Source of the DNA: Chlorobiota bacterium
GTDB lineage: Bacteria; Bacteroidota; Ignavibacteria; Kapaibacteriales; NICIL-2
NCBI GenBank assembly: GCA_044224515.1
Contig: JBGAKH010000002.1
Coordinates: forward strand, 162,151 to 226,150
Direction of reading: 5' to 3'
DNA: 64,000 nt
Part shown: piece by piece, positions 10,301-19,900 of the stretch
Numbering within the stretch: position 1 is the first letter of the stretch
Layout of the letters: the number at the start of each line of letters is the position of its first letter
Notes under the pieces: model-generated
Seen by the model: only the letters and a program-made list of their open reading frames with translations
The model's database searches: none
Told to the model about the DNA's origin: nothing
Program-made: the position numbers and the translations under genes

Positions 10301-11065
10301 TTAATAGCTCTCTGCTTCTGAAGGAAAGCTCTGTGTGCGCACATCTTCGGTATAGCGTTGGACGGCTGACGTGATGTTTTGGTGCAGATTCTCATAACGC
10401 CGAACAAAGCGCGGATTGAAATCACGCGTCAGTCCCAGCATATCGGTGTAGACAAGAATTTGTCCGTCACACTGCGGACCGGCTCCGATACCAATAGTCG
10501 GAATAGTCACACTCGCTGACACACGGGCAGCCAACTCCGCCGGAATCTTCTCAAGGACGATTGCGAACGCGCCTGCATCTTCGAGGGCCTTCGCGTCATC
10601 GAGTATGCGTTGGGCTTCATCGGCGTCGCGTCCACGTGGACGATAGGAGCCAAACTGATTGATGCTTTGAGGAGTCAACCCGAGGTGTCCCATAACCGGA
10701 ATTCCGGCTTCGGTCATCCGAGCTACAGCTTCAACGATACGTCCGCCACCTTCGAGCTTTACGGCACCGGCTCCGGCTTCTTTCATGAGACGTCCTGCGT
10801 TACGGAAGGCTTCGTCTGCATGTACTTGGAACGACATAAATGGCATATCGGACACAACCAAGGCACGACCTGCTCCGCGCTTCACAGCTCGGGTGTGATA
10901 GATGATATCCTCGAGCGTTACAGGGATCGTGGTTTCATGTCCTTGCACCACATTGCCCAGCGAGTCGCCAACTAGCAGCACATCAACTCCTGCCTCATCC
11001 AACAGACGTGCGATGAGGGCGTCATATGCTGTAAGGCATGCAATTTTCTGGCCTTTGCGCTTCAT
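10301..11065 (-). CDS. panB: 3-methyl-2-oxobutanoate hydroxymethyltransferase (start at internal Met [15 protein letters not shown]…)
   Basis: Conserved PanB N-terminal block …KIACLTAYD…[16 protein letters not shown]… and …[14 protein letters not shown]…. Confidence 0.9.
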   Translation of the reverse strand: MKRKGQKIACLTAYDALIARLLDEAGVDVLLVGDSLGNVVQGHETTIPVTLEDIIYHTRAVKRGAGRALVVSDMPFMSFQVHADEAFRNAGRLMKEAGAGAVKLEGGGRIVEAVARMTEAGIPVMGHLGLTPQSINQFGSYRPRGRDADEAQRILDDAKALEDAGAFAIVLEKIPAELAARVSASVTIPTIGIGAGPQCDGQILVYTDMLGLTRDFNPRFVRRYENLHQNITSAVQRYTEDVRTQSFPSEAESY

Positions 11066-11456
11066 CTCCACCAGACGCAGAGTCGTAACCGGACGATTTG
11101 GGTCGTTAGCTTTCGTCGAAGACTCAATGTATGACACGGGGCAAACCTCAGATAGTGTAGGGAATGAGTCTAAGCGCCCGGTCTGCACTCTACAGGCGAG
11201 GCGGCTTCATGCGACGCTTCGTAGTCTGCAGGACCTTTGGCAGCTTCTCTACGAAAATACATGCCTTCGGCATAGATTTGCGGTAATTCTCAGCTGCATG
11301 AACTTCGAAATCAGATTTCTCCCACGTCTTTTTATCAGAGCACTCCTTGAGCTGCGTCCCAAACACCTTGGCGCAGCCGCGAGCAGCATTTGGACCTTGC
11401 TTCTGCGTCCCGGGCGCTACACCTCGTGGCGCGCCCAACCTTCGGCGCTTGACCCA

Positions 11457-11870
11457 ATGCTGTTGCTGCTTCTGAGCATACCGCTCTCATTTGTACGTTT
11501 CGCCGCGGACCCCAATGTTAATAACACCATAGGCTGGCTAGGACTTACTCTCGTCCCACACTCGCTGGGCGTCGTCCTCTTTGCGATGGGATCAGCCATT
11601 GGCGCAGTACTCATACCAATGTTTTGGTACCGTGTCCTTTCGTTGTCGTTGCCACGAGAGCTCTTCATTGCTGCAATGATTGCTATGTACGCCGTTGTTG
11701 AGATTCCCTGGGACCTGAGCAGCGTGCTGTGGATGCCCTTTGTGCATCGTGGCGATATTCCTTTCTGGCTGCCCGACTGCATCAAAACGCTGGTAGTTAC
11801 CCTCTACTGCATGCTAGCCGGCCGCTCCCTGGATCGGGCGCACCTTCCGACTCTAGAGCAGGCAGAATAA
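11457..11870 (+). CDS. hypothetical small membrane protein (C-terminal part of the 10902..11870 ORF, from Met MLLLLLSIPLSF…)
   Basis: 3-4 hydrophobic helices. The N-terminal half of the long ORF is antisense to panB and judged spurious. Confidence 0.3.
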   Translation: MLLLLLSIPLSFVRFAADPNVNNTIGWLGLTLVPHSLGVVLFAMGSAIGAVLIPMFWYRVLSLSLPRELFIAAMIAMYAVVEIPWDLSSVLWMPFVHRGDIPFWLPDCIKTLVVTLYCMLAGRSLDRAHLPTLEQAE

Positions 11871-12051
11871 ACTCATAACAGTTTTTGGGTCACGCTTCGG
11901 CTTGGACCAAGCAGCAAGCTCTAAAGATGTACAAGGAAAGTCCAAAAGCTCTGTTTCCGTGCTTGTTGAAAGTACTTCCGGTGCTAACTTGCAGCTGTGG
12001 AAATCTGTATGATTCCCACACTCGAACTGTGCAGGATTTAGGAGAAATGCG

Positions 12052-12408
12052 ATGATTGACAACTACCTTCCGGTAGCGATCATGATGCTGGTTGGCCTTG
12101 GCTTCGGCGTCGTGAACATTATAGTTGCTGAATACATTGGACCACGACGTCCCAACAAAGAAAAGAACTCTACCTATGAGTCTGGTATTGAGCCGATCAA
12201 GAGCGCTCGTGAGCGCTTCTCCGTGAAGTTTTACATGGTGGCGATGATCTTTATTTTGTTCGATATCGAAGTCGTCTTTATGTATCCCTGGGCCGTGCAA
12301 TTCAAGACTCTGGGTAGTGTGGGATACATCGCCATGGTTCTCTTTATGGTCTTGTTGTTTGCCGGCTACATTTACATCGTGAAAAAAGGAGCGTTGAAAT
12401 GGGATTAA
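12052..12408 (+). CDS. nuoA: NADH-quinone oxidoreductase subunit A
   Basis: Typical NuoA/ND3 sequence (…[35 protein letters not shown]…). AGGAG Shine-Dalgarno 8 nt upstream. Confidence 0.9.
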   Translation: MIDNYLPVAIMMLVGLGFGVVNIIVAEYIGPRRPNKEKNSTYESGIEPIKSARERFSVKFYMVAMIFILFDIEVVFMYPWAVQFKTLGSVGYIAMVLFMVLLFAGYIYIVKKGALKWD

Positions 12409-12932
12409 ATGAACAGTTGGCTCAAGATGGTTATGTAACGACACGCGTGGACAGCTTGGCGGATTGGCTCTCCAAGAACACGGTGGGTTGGGGTCAAGCA
12501 AATTCGATGTGGCCTATGCCCTTGGGAATTTCCTGCTGCGGAATTGAGATGATGGCTTTTGCCTCATCGCGATTTGATTCGGCACGTTTCGGTTCTGAAA
12601 AAATGGGCTTCACACCCCGTCAATCGGACCTTCTCATTGTTGCAGGTACGGTGACAAATAAGATGTCCTGGATTGTTCGCAAGATCTACGATCAAATGCC
12701 GGACCCAAAGTGGGTGATTTCGATGGGTGTGTGTGCAAGTACCGGCGGTATGTTTCGCAGCTATAACGTTGTTCAGGGTATCGACCAGTTCTTACCTGTC
12801 GACGTCTATATTTCAGGATGCCCGCCGCGTCCGGAAGCGTTGCTGAAAGCCCTCATTGCCATTCAGAATAAAACGAAGCGAACGGTGCCGACACTTTTGG
12901 ATTTTGACAAAAAGCCCGAAGCAACCGTCTAA
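12399..12932 (+). CDS. nuoB: NADH-quinone oxidoreductase subunit B (Fe-S N2 subunit)
   Basis: CCGIEMM, GxCAxTGG-like (CASTGGMF) and GCPPRPE cysteine motifs. 10-nt overlap with nuoA. Confidence 0.9.
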   Translation: MGLNEQLAQDGYVTTRVDSLADWLSKNTVGWGQANSMWPMPLGISCCGIEMMAFASSRFDSARFGSEKMGFTPRQSDLLIVAGTVTNKMSWIVRKIYDQMPDPKWVISMGVCASTGGMFRSYNVVQGIDQFLPVDVYISGCPPRPEALLKALIAIQNKTKRTVPTLLDFDKKPEATV

Positions 12933-12957
12933 GATTCTCGGAAATTGATTTTTATAA

Positions 12958-12989
12958 GGTTTGTTGCTACGCAACAAACCTTTTTTTTT
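12958..12989 (+). terminator. rho-independent terminator after nuoB (GGTTTGTTGC-tac-GCAACAAACC + T9)
   Basis: Perfect 10-bp stem, 3-nt loop, 9 T residues. Confidence 0.75.
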
Positions 12990-13012
12990 ATCGGGAATAG
13001 TGAGGACACCGT

Positions 13013-13258
13013 ATGGGCGACTTTGACTCTGTTGTACTAATAAACAGCTCGGAAATCATAAAAATCGAACATTTTTCGTCCGAGCTCATTGTTGTGCCGA
13101 ATCCTGAAGTCTTTGCGACACCCAAGCTTTCCCAAAGCGACTGCTCTTTTGTGTCGCCTATTCTGAAAGCATTTCCGTATGTTGTGGAATTGAGAACGCC
13201 GCTACTTCAGTGGCGGGAGTCGTTCTCGCTATTTTATTTTACATTTTTAGGTTTTTTT
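13013..13258 (+). promoter_or_regulatory. long 5' leader of the cold-shock gene (in-frame open but non-coding by my judgement)
   Basis: Csp domain begins only at Met 13259. Cold-shock genes classically carry long structured 5' UTRs. Confidence 0.3.
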
Positions 13259-13450
13259 ATGCAAACAGGTGTTGTCAAGTTCTTCAACGAATCCAAAGGC
13301 TATGGCTTTATTGTTGCCGACGGCGGTGGCGAAGAGATCTTCGTTCATCAGACAGGTCTGCAAGACCGTATTCGTGAGAACGACAAAGTAACGTTCGAAA
13401 CTCAACCCGGTAAGAAGGGTACAAACGCTGTCAACGTTCGCATCCAGTAA
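13259..13450 (+). CDS. cspA: cold-shock protein, CspA family (63 aa)
   Basis: RNP1 KGYGFI and RNP2 VFVHQ motifs; MQTGVVKFFNESKGYGFI…. Confidence 0.9.
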   Translation: MQTGVVKFFNESKGYGFIVADGGGEEIFVHQTGLQDRIRENDKVTFETQPGKKGTNAVNVRIQ

Positions 13451-13474
13451 AAAGGTTTGTGATCGCAGTAGTAC

Positions 13475-13509
13475 AAAAGGCGATGGAGTTCTGCTCCATC
13501 GCCTTTTGT
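13475..13509 (+). terminator. rho-independent terminator after csp (AAAAGGCGATGGAG-ttctg-CTCCATCGCCTTTT)
   Basis: 14-bp stem, 5-nt loop, T-rich 3' side. Confidence 0.65.
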
Positions 13510-13603
13510 GTTGTATGGGTCATTTGATAGACACCCGGCTCAACTTCAAGACAGCCGAAAATTGTCTAAATTGCACGTCGTTCATCCATTCAGATTCGTA
13601 TCT

Positions 13604-13900
13604 ATGGCAGCAGCAGAAACCTCCCGTGAAACCGTTCAGCGTATTGCGGAACTTGCGAAGTTGTCGTTCAGCGAAGCAGAGATCGACGCCTTTACCGCTC
13701 AGTTTAATGACATTCTGCGATACATCGGAGAAATCGAGAAACTGGACCTGGAGGGGGTTGAGCCACTGATTCATTTGAATTCGACGGCCAATGTTTTCCG
13801 CGAGGACATTCCCCACGAATGTCTGACGCGTGAAGAGGCGCTGATGAACGCACCAAAGCGAAACGAAGCTTTCTTCAAAGTACCGAAAGTGCTGGGCTAA
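13604..13900 (+). CDS. gatC: Asp-tRNA(Asn)/Glu-tRNA(Gln) amidotransferase subunit C (start at internal Met MAAAETS…)
   Basis: GatC-like sequence …RIAELAKLSFSEAEIDAFTAQFNDILRYIGEIEKLDLEGVEP…. Confidence 0.8.
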   Translation: MAAAETSRETVQRIAELAKLSFSEAEIDAFTAQFNDILRYIGEIEKLDLEGVEPLIHLNSTANVFREDIPHECLTREEALMNAPKRNEAFFKVPKVLG

Positions 13901-14110
13901 TAATTGCCATCCTGCATAAACAATGGTGGGGCGGGCCCATCGTCACTACAAGGACTATCGGATCGATGATACAGGCAATAGTGATTGAGCTTGCGAGTTA
14001 GCACTGATCATCGTTCGAGGCTGCCACATCACATGCATTTGTATCACCATTCGATGTCAGCGTATTTGAGCATTTGTACTTTTGATTTACAGCACAAACC
14101 TCGTAGACCC

Positions 14111-15520
14111 ATGATGAAGTTCATGCTCAGCGCGTTATGCGCCTGTACATTGCTTTTTAGCATCGAAGCGTGTAAGTCCACCGCACCACGATCGGCTGAC
14201 GAAGAGATGGCAGCCACAAACCTCGAAAAGTCCGGTCCTAAGAAAACCTTGTACCTCACGGGAACCAAAGCCGCTCAAGAGCTGGCAAAAGGTGAGAACA
14301 TGCGTTACGATCTCTGGAAGATTGAATCCTCCGATTACCCCAAACAAATCAGGGCTTTTGCTCGAGTGTTCGATTCAAGCGGAAATTTCATAACACACCT
14401 GGCTCCCCCCGCGCATCCCACGCAAGAATACTGGCGACCACTTACAGAGAAATTGGGACGTCGCGTGGTGCCGGTCGAGAACTTCACTGTACGGGAATTC
14501 AGCGACGCCGATTCTATACCCTACGCTATTAGTCTGTTACTCGACTACAGCGGAAGCATGAAGTCTGTGATGGACGCGATCTATGAGGGTACCGACATGT
14601 TCGTGAATCTGAAGCAAGATCGCGATCGCATTTCCATAGCAAGCTTCAATAAAGATTATGAGCTGAAAGTTCCCTTTAGTTCGGACAAGAAACGAATCAC
14701 GAGTGACTTTCACGCCGTTCGTCAGCAAAGCTTCGGTATGTACTCCGCTTTCTACGACGGTTTGATGAAGAGTATGTCCGCCTTCGATTCTCTGCCACCC
14801 GAGATGCCGCGCATTCTTGTAGCCTTCGGTGACGGTGACGACAACTATTCAACTGCCAAGCCGCGCGACATTTTCCAAGCCGCGCAAGCGAAGAACGTTC
14901 ACATCTTTACGGTTGGCTTTGGCTATGCACATGATGACATTCTCAGCTACATCGCAGAGAATACCGGCGGTAAATCCTATCAAGTGTACTCCAAGCAAGA
15001 ACTGATTAATGTCTTCTTGGAGATCTACCGTTCACTGCGGAACTACTACTTGATCAGCTACAAGCCACCGGAGTTTGCCGGCATGCACTACGTGGCAATG
15101 CGTCTGAACTTACCCTCCGGTGATACGATGTCTGCCTATGGAAAGTATGACGAGAGCGACATCAAGTTCCCCTTCGAAAACGAAATGTTCTCAAAGCGTA
15201 TTCCCTTCGATTACAATCAAGCAACGCTGAAAGCGGAATCCCAAGTCATTATTGAAGGATTGGTCGATCAGCTCGAGCGTAATGAGAAAGTCTGGCTGGA
15301 AGTTCAGGGTCACACTGACAATATCGGCGGTGAGGAATTCAATCAACGCTTATCCGACGCTCGTGCCAAGGCTGTTGTCGATGCTCTGGTTACCCATGGC
15401 ATCGAGTCCAAACGACTGCGACCGCGCGGAATGGGAATGCTCCATCCGCTGGTGTCGAACGATAACGACTCACTGCGAGCCTTGAATCGTCGCACGGAAT
15501 TTCGCATCTTGAGAAAATAG
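14111..15520 (+). CDS. von Willebrand factor A domain + C-terminal OmpA-like domain fusion protein (start at Met MMKFMLSALCAC…)
   Basis: Signal peptide. vWA MIDAS motif DYSGSM (DxSxS). C-terminal OmpA peptidoglycan-binding motif …GHTDNIGGEEFNQRLSDARAKAV…NRRTEFRIL. Confidence 0.8.
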   Translation: MMKFMLSALCACTLLFSIEACKSTAPRSADEEMAATNLEKSGPKKTLYLTGTKAAQELAKGENMRYDLWKIESSDYPKQIRAFARVFDSSGNFITHLAPPAHPTQEYWRPLTEKLGRRVVPVENFTVREFSDADSIPYAISLLLDYSGSMKSVMDAIYEGTDMFVNLKQDRDRISIASFNKDYELKVPFSSDKKRITSDFHAVRQQSFGMYSAFYDGLMKSMSAFDSLPPEMPRILVAFGDGDDNYSTAKPRDIFQAAQAKNVHIFTVGFGYAHDDILSYIAENTGGKSYQVYSKQELINVFLEIYRSLRNYYLISYKPPEFAGMHYVAMRLNLPSGDTMSAYGKYDESDIKFPFENEMFSKRIPFDYNQATLKAESQVIIEGLVDQLERNEKVWLEVQGHTDNIGGEEFNQRLSDARAKAVVDALVTHGIESKRLRPRGMGMLHPLVSNDNDSLRALNRRTEFRILRK

Positions 15521-15580
15521 TGTCGGGAGTGTCTTTACCGTACTCTCCACACTGAGCACTCAATACCACACTGTTTCTGA

Positions 15581-15618
15581 GCAATGTGGGAGCAATGTGG
15601 GAGCAGCGTGGGAGTAGC
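15581..15618. repeat. short tandem repeat, about 3 copies of GCA(A/G)(T/C)GTGGGAG in the vWA-OmpA/lipoprotein intergenic region
   Basis: gcaatgtgggag gcaatgtgggag cagcgtgggag visible directly. Confidence 0.6.
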
Positions 15619-15706
15619 ATTGAGTTCAAAGAGATTGCATAAGCTCAGCGCCTCTACTAACTTTTTTGTATCTGTTGGGTCCTGTCGAAAAACAGGACGT
15701 ATACGC

Positions 15707-16138
15707 ATGATGAACTCACGCTTCGCATTCGGTACAGCGCTACTGTTAAGCTTTATTCTTGCATCCTGTGGAAGCAGCACCGATCTCAGCTATATCTATG
15801 ACGTGTCGGCTATGGTTGTTCCGGACACCATCTACTCCAATGCCAACCGAAAGCTTGAACTCGGCGTGAGCATTCTGGCATCTGAACGTGGCTGCTGGCA
15901 AACCGACCTCGTGGGCTATTCAAAGGACTCCAACCTTATTTCCGGCGGATACTACTACTCGATTCAGGCCAGCATGAAAAAGCCATCGAATGCAACGAAC
16001 TGTCAGAATGGCTACGACACCTTGCGAGGTAGGCTTACGATCACCTTTGATTCGGTGGGCACCTATCGACTGGATTTTCCTCAGGTCGATTCTCGCGGCA
16101 ACCTCATTACGAAGCACTACAACTATACCATTCGCTAA
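15707..16138 (+). CDS. hypothetical lipoprotein (start MMNSRFAFGTALLLSFILASCGSS…)
   Basis: Classical lipoprotein signal with LASC lipobox; no other motif. Confidence 0.5.
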   Translation: MMNSRFAFGTALLLSFILASCGSSTDLSYIYDVSAMVVPDTIYSNANRKLELGVSILASERGCWQTDLVGYSKDSNLISGGYYYSIQASMKKPSNATNCQNGYDTLRGRLTITFDSVGTYRLDFPQVDSRGNLITKHYNYTIR

Positions 16139-16162
16139 GTATCTGAGTCTCCTGAGGCGTTT

Positions 16163-16519
16163 ATGGAACACGACAGCTTACGACTAGAATGTCTGAGTCT
16201 CCCCGCCGTGCGAGAGGATATGCCATTTGGTCCGGATACCTTGGTGTTCAAGGTAGGCGGCAAGATGTTCGCTCTGCTTTCACTGGATGCATGGCCTCCT
16301 TCAATAAATCTGAAATGCGATCCTGATCGATCTCTTGAGTTGCGAGAGCGCTATAGCGCAATTGCTCCGGGCTATCACATGAACAAAAAGCACTGGAACA
16401 CCCTCACATTCGATGGCAGTTTATCTGCTCCCTTAACCAAGGAACTCATCGCGCATTCCTACTCCTTAGTGCGTAGCTCGCTTCCCAAAGCAGTTCAAGC
16501 CACGCTCGATTCCGACTGA
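16163..16519 (+). CDS. MmcQ/YjbR family DNA-binding protein (118 aa)
   Basis: Full-length similarity to YjbR-type proteins (…GKMFALL…KCDPDRSLELRERY.AI.PGYHMNKKHWNT…), recalled family pattern. Confidence 0.7.
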   Translation: MEHDSLRLECLSLPAVREDMPFGPDTLVFKVGGKMFALLSLDAWPPSINLKCDPDRSLELRERYSAIAPGYHMNKKHWNTLTFDGSLSAPLTKELIAHSYSLVRSSLPKAVQATLDSD

Positions 16520-16593
16520 TTCAAAATCTAGTTATAACTCTCCGGCTACATCGAAGGGAATTCTGATACAGAACCGCGGTGTATCCGCAAACG

Positions 16594-16620
16594 AAAAAAG
16601 CCGGCTTAGCCGGCTTTTTA
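16594..16620. terminator. bidirectional terminator hairpin (AAGCCGGC-tta-GCCGGCTT) between yjbR-like gene and tRNA-His
   Basis: 8-bp stem flanked by A5 and T4. Confidence 0.6.
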
Positions 16621-16624
16621 GAGG

Positions 16625-16698
16625 GGCGAACGACGGGGCTTGAACCCGCGACAACCGGAACCACAATCCGGGGCTCTACCAACTGAGCTACGTCCGCC
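16625..16698 (-). tRNA. tRNA-His (anticodon GTG) with genomically encoded G-1; 3' CCA not encoded
   Basis: Hand-folded cloverleaf: acceptor GCGGACG/CGTTCGC, D-arm GCTC-AGTTGGTA-GAGC, anticodon arm CCGGA-TTGTGGT-TCCGG, T-arm GCGGG-TTCAAGC-CCCGT, discriminator C. Extra 5' G pairs with C73 as in bacterial tRNA-His. Confidence 0.85.
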
Positions 16699-16845
16699 AT
16701 CTGCGACGTGAGGGTCGCTAGGACTACAAAATTAGGGCTGAGCGGGTTTGTAACCAAACGAAATTGCGCCCGGGTCATGTCGTACAGCCTCTCGGCACCC
16801 ACTTGAGCGAAACGGGTTTAACCACGCATCACTTTCAGAAACCAA

Positions 16846-16886
16846 TAAAAAACGCCGTTCGGCTAAGCCCGAACGGCGTTTGAAGT
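16846..16886 (-). terminator. rho-independent terminator 3' of the 2026-aa gene (AAACGCCGTTCGG-ctaagc-CCGAACGGCGTTT)
   Basis: 13-bp perfect stem; T-run on minus strand (A5 on plus). Confidence 0.65.
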
Positions 16887-16934
16887 GCGACCGGTTGGAG
16901 AGTCCCGGCCGTGTGTTCTGTGCGCAGAGCTGGG

Positions 16935-19900
16935 TTAGCGCACAATAACGAGTTTACGTGTCAGGGTCGTGCCCTTCGTACTGAGTTGTACGAAATAGGT
17001 GCCCGGAACAAGATCGGCGAATGAGCAATCGACATGATTCATACCTGCGCGGAAGCGCTTGTCTGTGCACACGGTTGAAACACGTTCACCGAGTGTATTG
17101 TGGATGCTCACGCTAACCGGAGCTTCCGATGCCAGATTGAAGCTGACACGACCTTCCATTTGTGCCGGATTAGGACTGAGCTGAAGTGTTTCGTTAAGGA
17201 ACTCATCAGCATCGTCGACCGAAGTTGCACCTTGAATTGAGAAGATAGCCGAACGACTATACTCAAGTTCCGGTTCACTCGGGTAGATGGCACGTAGAAC
17301 GGCGCTCTTGCTATTCACTCCCGGAACAGACCAAGTGCTGCTGGTCTTCAGTGCGCTCAATGAAGTAGCGGTGGTAGACCAAGTAGATCCACCGTCGAGC
17401 GACAACTGAAGATCAAAGTTTTGAACTTTGTTCACAGTGCGCCAACGAAGGTTTACGTTTTGTCCCTTGGTAAACACATCGTTGCTTGCAGGATTCAGCA
17501 AAGTCAACGATCCTGCCAAGACTTTGAATGGAGCGGTGCGACTAATTTCTTCACCACTCTCTTCATCGATCAAGCGAACAACTGCACTCTTGGTATTCAC
17601 CATCGGGACCTTCCAACTTGTTGAACCGTCCGTTGCGTTACGAACCGTTGTAATGCTCGTCCAGCCATCTGCACCGTTTGAAGAGAATTCGAAGTGTACG
17701 TTTGCCAGACCTTGGCTTTGCCAACGAATGATATCGCTACTTCCACCTGCGTAGATTGGATCTGCTGCTGCGGGACGTGTAATCGTTGAATTGATGTTAA
17801 CGAGCGCGAATTTCTTGGAGCGCGTCAATTCGGTTTTTGTTTCCGCATCAACCAAGCGTACAAAGCAGTCTGCTGCTGCAGTTGTTGGTGTGACAAATGA
17901 CGACTTCAACGTCTTCACGTTCACGGCACTTTGTGTTGTACGAACCCATGTACTGCCGTTGTCCGTCGAGTATTCTACATAGACGTCAGCGTCGCCGTTG
18001 GTTGTCCAGTTAACTGTAGTAGTACGACCTGTTGCCACTTTCTGAGACAAGGTCGGAGTGCTAATGCTAGCCGTGTACATGATCAAACCGTTGATGGTCG
18101 TGAAGGTTCCGTACTGGGTAAGTCCTTCACTTTGAGCACCGAGTACCGTGGTGCCCTTGTACCATGTAAAGCCAACGCTTGAAGCCGTATTCAACAATTG
18201 GAAGCGAAGTGTACCGACATAGGTCGCTGCACTCGGCACTGCCAATCCACCCTTACGTGAGAAAGCATCATAATCGACTTCGATTGTGCGAACATCAGCC
18301 AAAGCACGATCTGCGTTGTCCTTCGGAGCACTGTACATCACATTGTAACCCTTCGCTACATTGTTTGAGTACTGTACCTTTTCATTGCCTACTAATCCGA
18401 CATACTTCAACTTCTTTGGATTGAACTGGAACGCAAACGTTGCGTTACCGAGGTTGAAGGCAGTGCCGGTATTGCTGATGTATACCGGAAGGTCGACGAA
18501 GTTCTGATTGCGTTCCGGCTTTACTGACACGGTGTAGCTATACTTAGAGCCTAAGGTCTTGCTAACATGCTTCACCGGTAGGGCTGTATTGTGATCAACC
18601 GCGTCTTGACCGGCAGCATTCAGCGTCTGTGAAAGGAGCGGATCAAGTTCGCTCACAACGTTGAGCGGATTGCTCTTTGATGCTACCGGCATTTGTTCTT
18701 GAGAGCCACCGCCTGAAACAATACCCGGGAAGGATACTGCAGCGATGGAGGAGATCTTACCAAAGTTGCGGTCAACGATATCACGGTCAATCGCGCTAAC
18801 GATCTGATCACCTGTTACGTCGGAGCGAACCATAGCAGTTCCGGCATCCAAACGCACGCGTACACGGTCGGCAGCGTTGATTTGACCATCCTTTTCACAG
18901 TCACCTGCAACCATGGAAGCAATGTAGTTTGCTCCCACGCCGGTGATACCATCGCGGCCTTCGTTGAACACCAAACCGGTGTTCGAGAAGTACTGTGAGC
19001 TTGTTGTGCTCTTGCGACTTCCGTATGCAGAATAGCTTGCGTCATCGTCGGTACCGTTCCATGTTGAGAAGTCCCAACCGGATTCAATCGTCGTCGTGCT
19101 CACATCATCGCCTGAATAGTAGAAGCTGATTGGTGTGCGCGACATAATCGGCAAGTGATTCAATTGTTCAACCACTACCCAGTAGTTACCATCGGGTAAG
19201 TCAGTAAAGACAAAAGGAACTGTTGCAAACTTGGGTCCGTCGCCGGTATTTGTTCCCATGTTTGTGATAGCGCTTGCTGTAAAGGCATTGGGATCATACT
19301 GGAATTCGGATTCAGCTGTGTTGACTAATGCTCCCGGACTTCCGGAGTTGTCATTATAGAGCTTGATACGCAAGCCACCACCGGTATAGCTTGTTCCGAT
19401 GTTGTGCCATACGGATCCGGATCCGTCAAGTCCTTCGTGCAAGGCTTCTAGAAGAATGCGCAGCGTAAGGTTGCTGGGAGGAGTAATGGTAAACAGCGGT
19501 CCTTCAGAGCTGATCGACGTACTTGTACCGTTGATCGTATAGGTATTCCAAGCGCGCAAGCGAGCGTTGGTTAATGTAGCCGAAATTGTACCTTGATCGG
19601 TATAGGTTCCGTCGTCGTTCAAATCCGGATCTAGCAAAGTCATGTCGAGTTGGCAGCCAAATCTGCAGTTACCGGCTGATGATCCTGTGAAGTTCAAACC
19701 TGCGGGCAATGTCAATGAGTTTGTCTGACCGGCATGCCAATACGTGCTCCCTACAAATTGATAGGGTTGTACTACAACTCCACCGCCGCCACGAGTTGAA
19801 TACTCAACGGATGGACTTGCTCCACCGTTTGCACCGCCTGTGAAGCCGGATCCGCTGCCATTAAAGTCAAAGCCAACCCAACGTACATGAACATCCGTGG

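Noticed and set aside
11190-11438. 82-aa minus-strand ORF upstream of panB
   Set aside because: No motif, basic low-complexity composition, overlaps the alternative plus-strand membrane ORF; cannot decide which is real from sequence alone.
10902-11456. N-terminal 185 codons of the 322-aa plus-strand ORF
   Set aside because: Entirely antisense to the well-supported panB gene and low-complexity (Ser/Thr/Pro-rich). Only the hydrophobic C-terminal part (11457..11870) kept, at low confidence.
16521-16802. 93-aa minus-strand ORF
   Set aside because: Overlaps the tRNA-His gene and its terminator.
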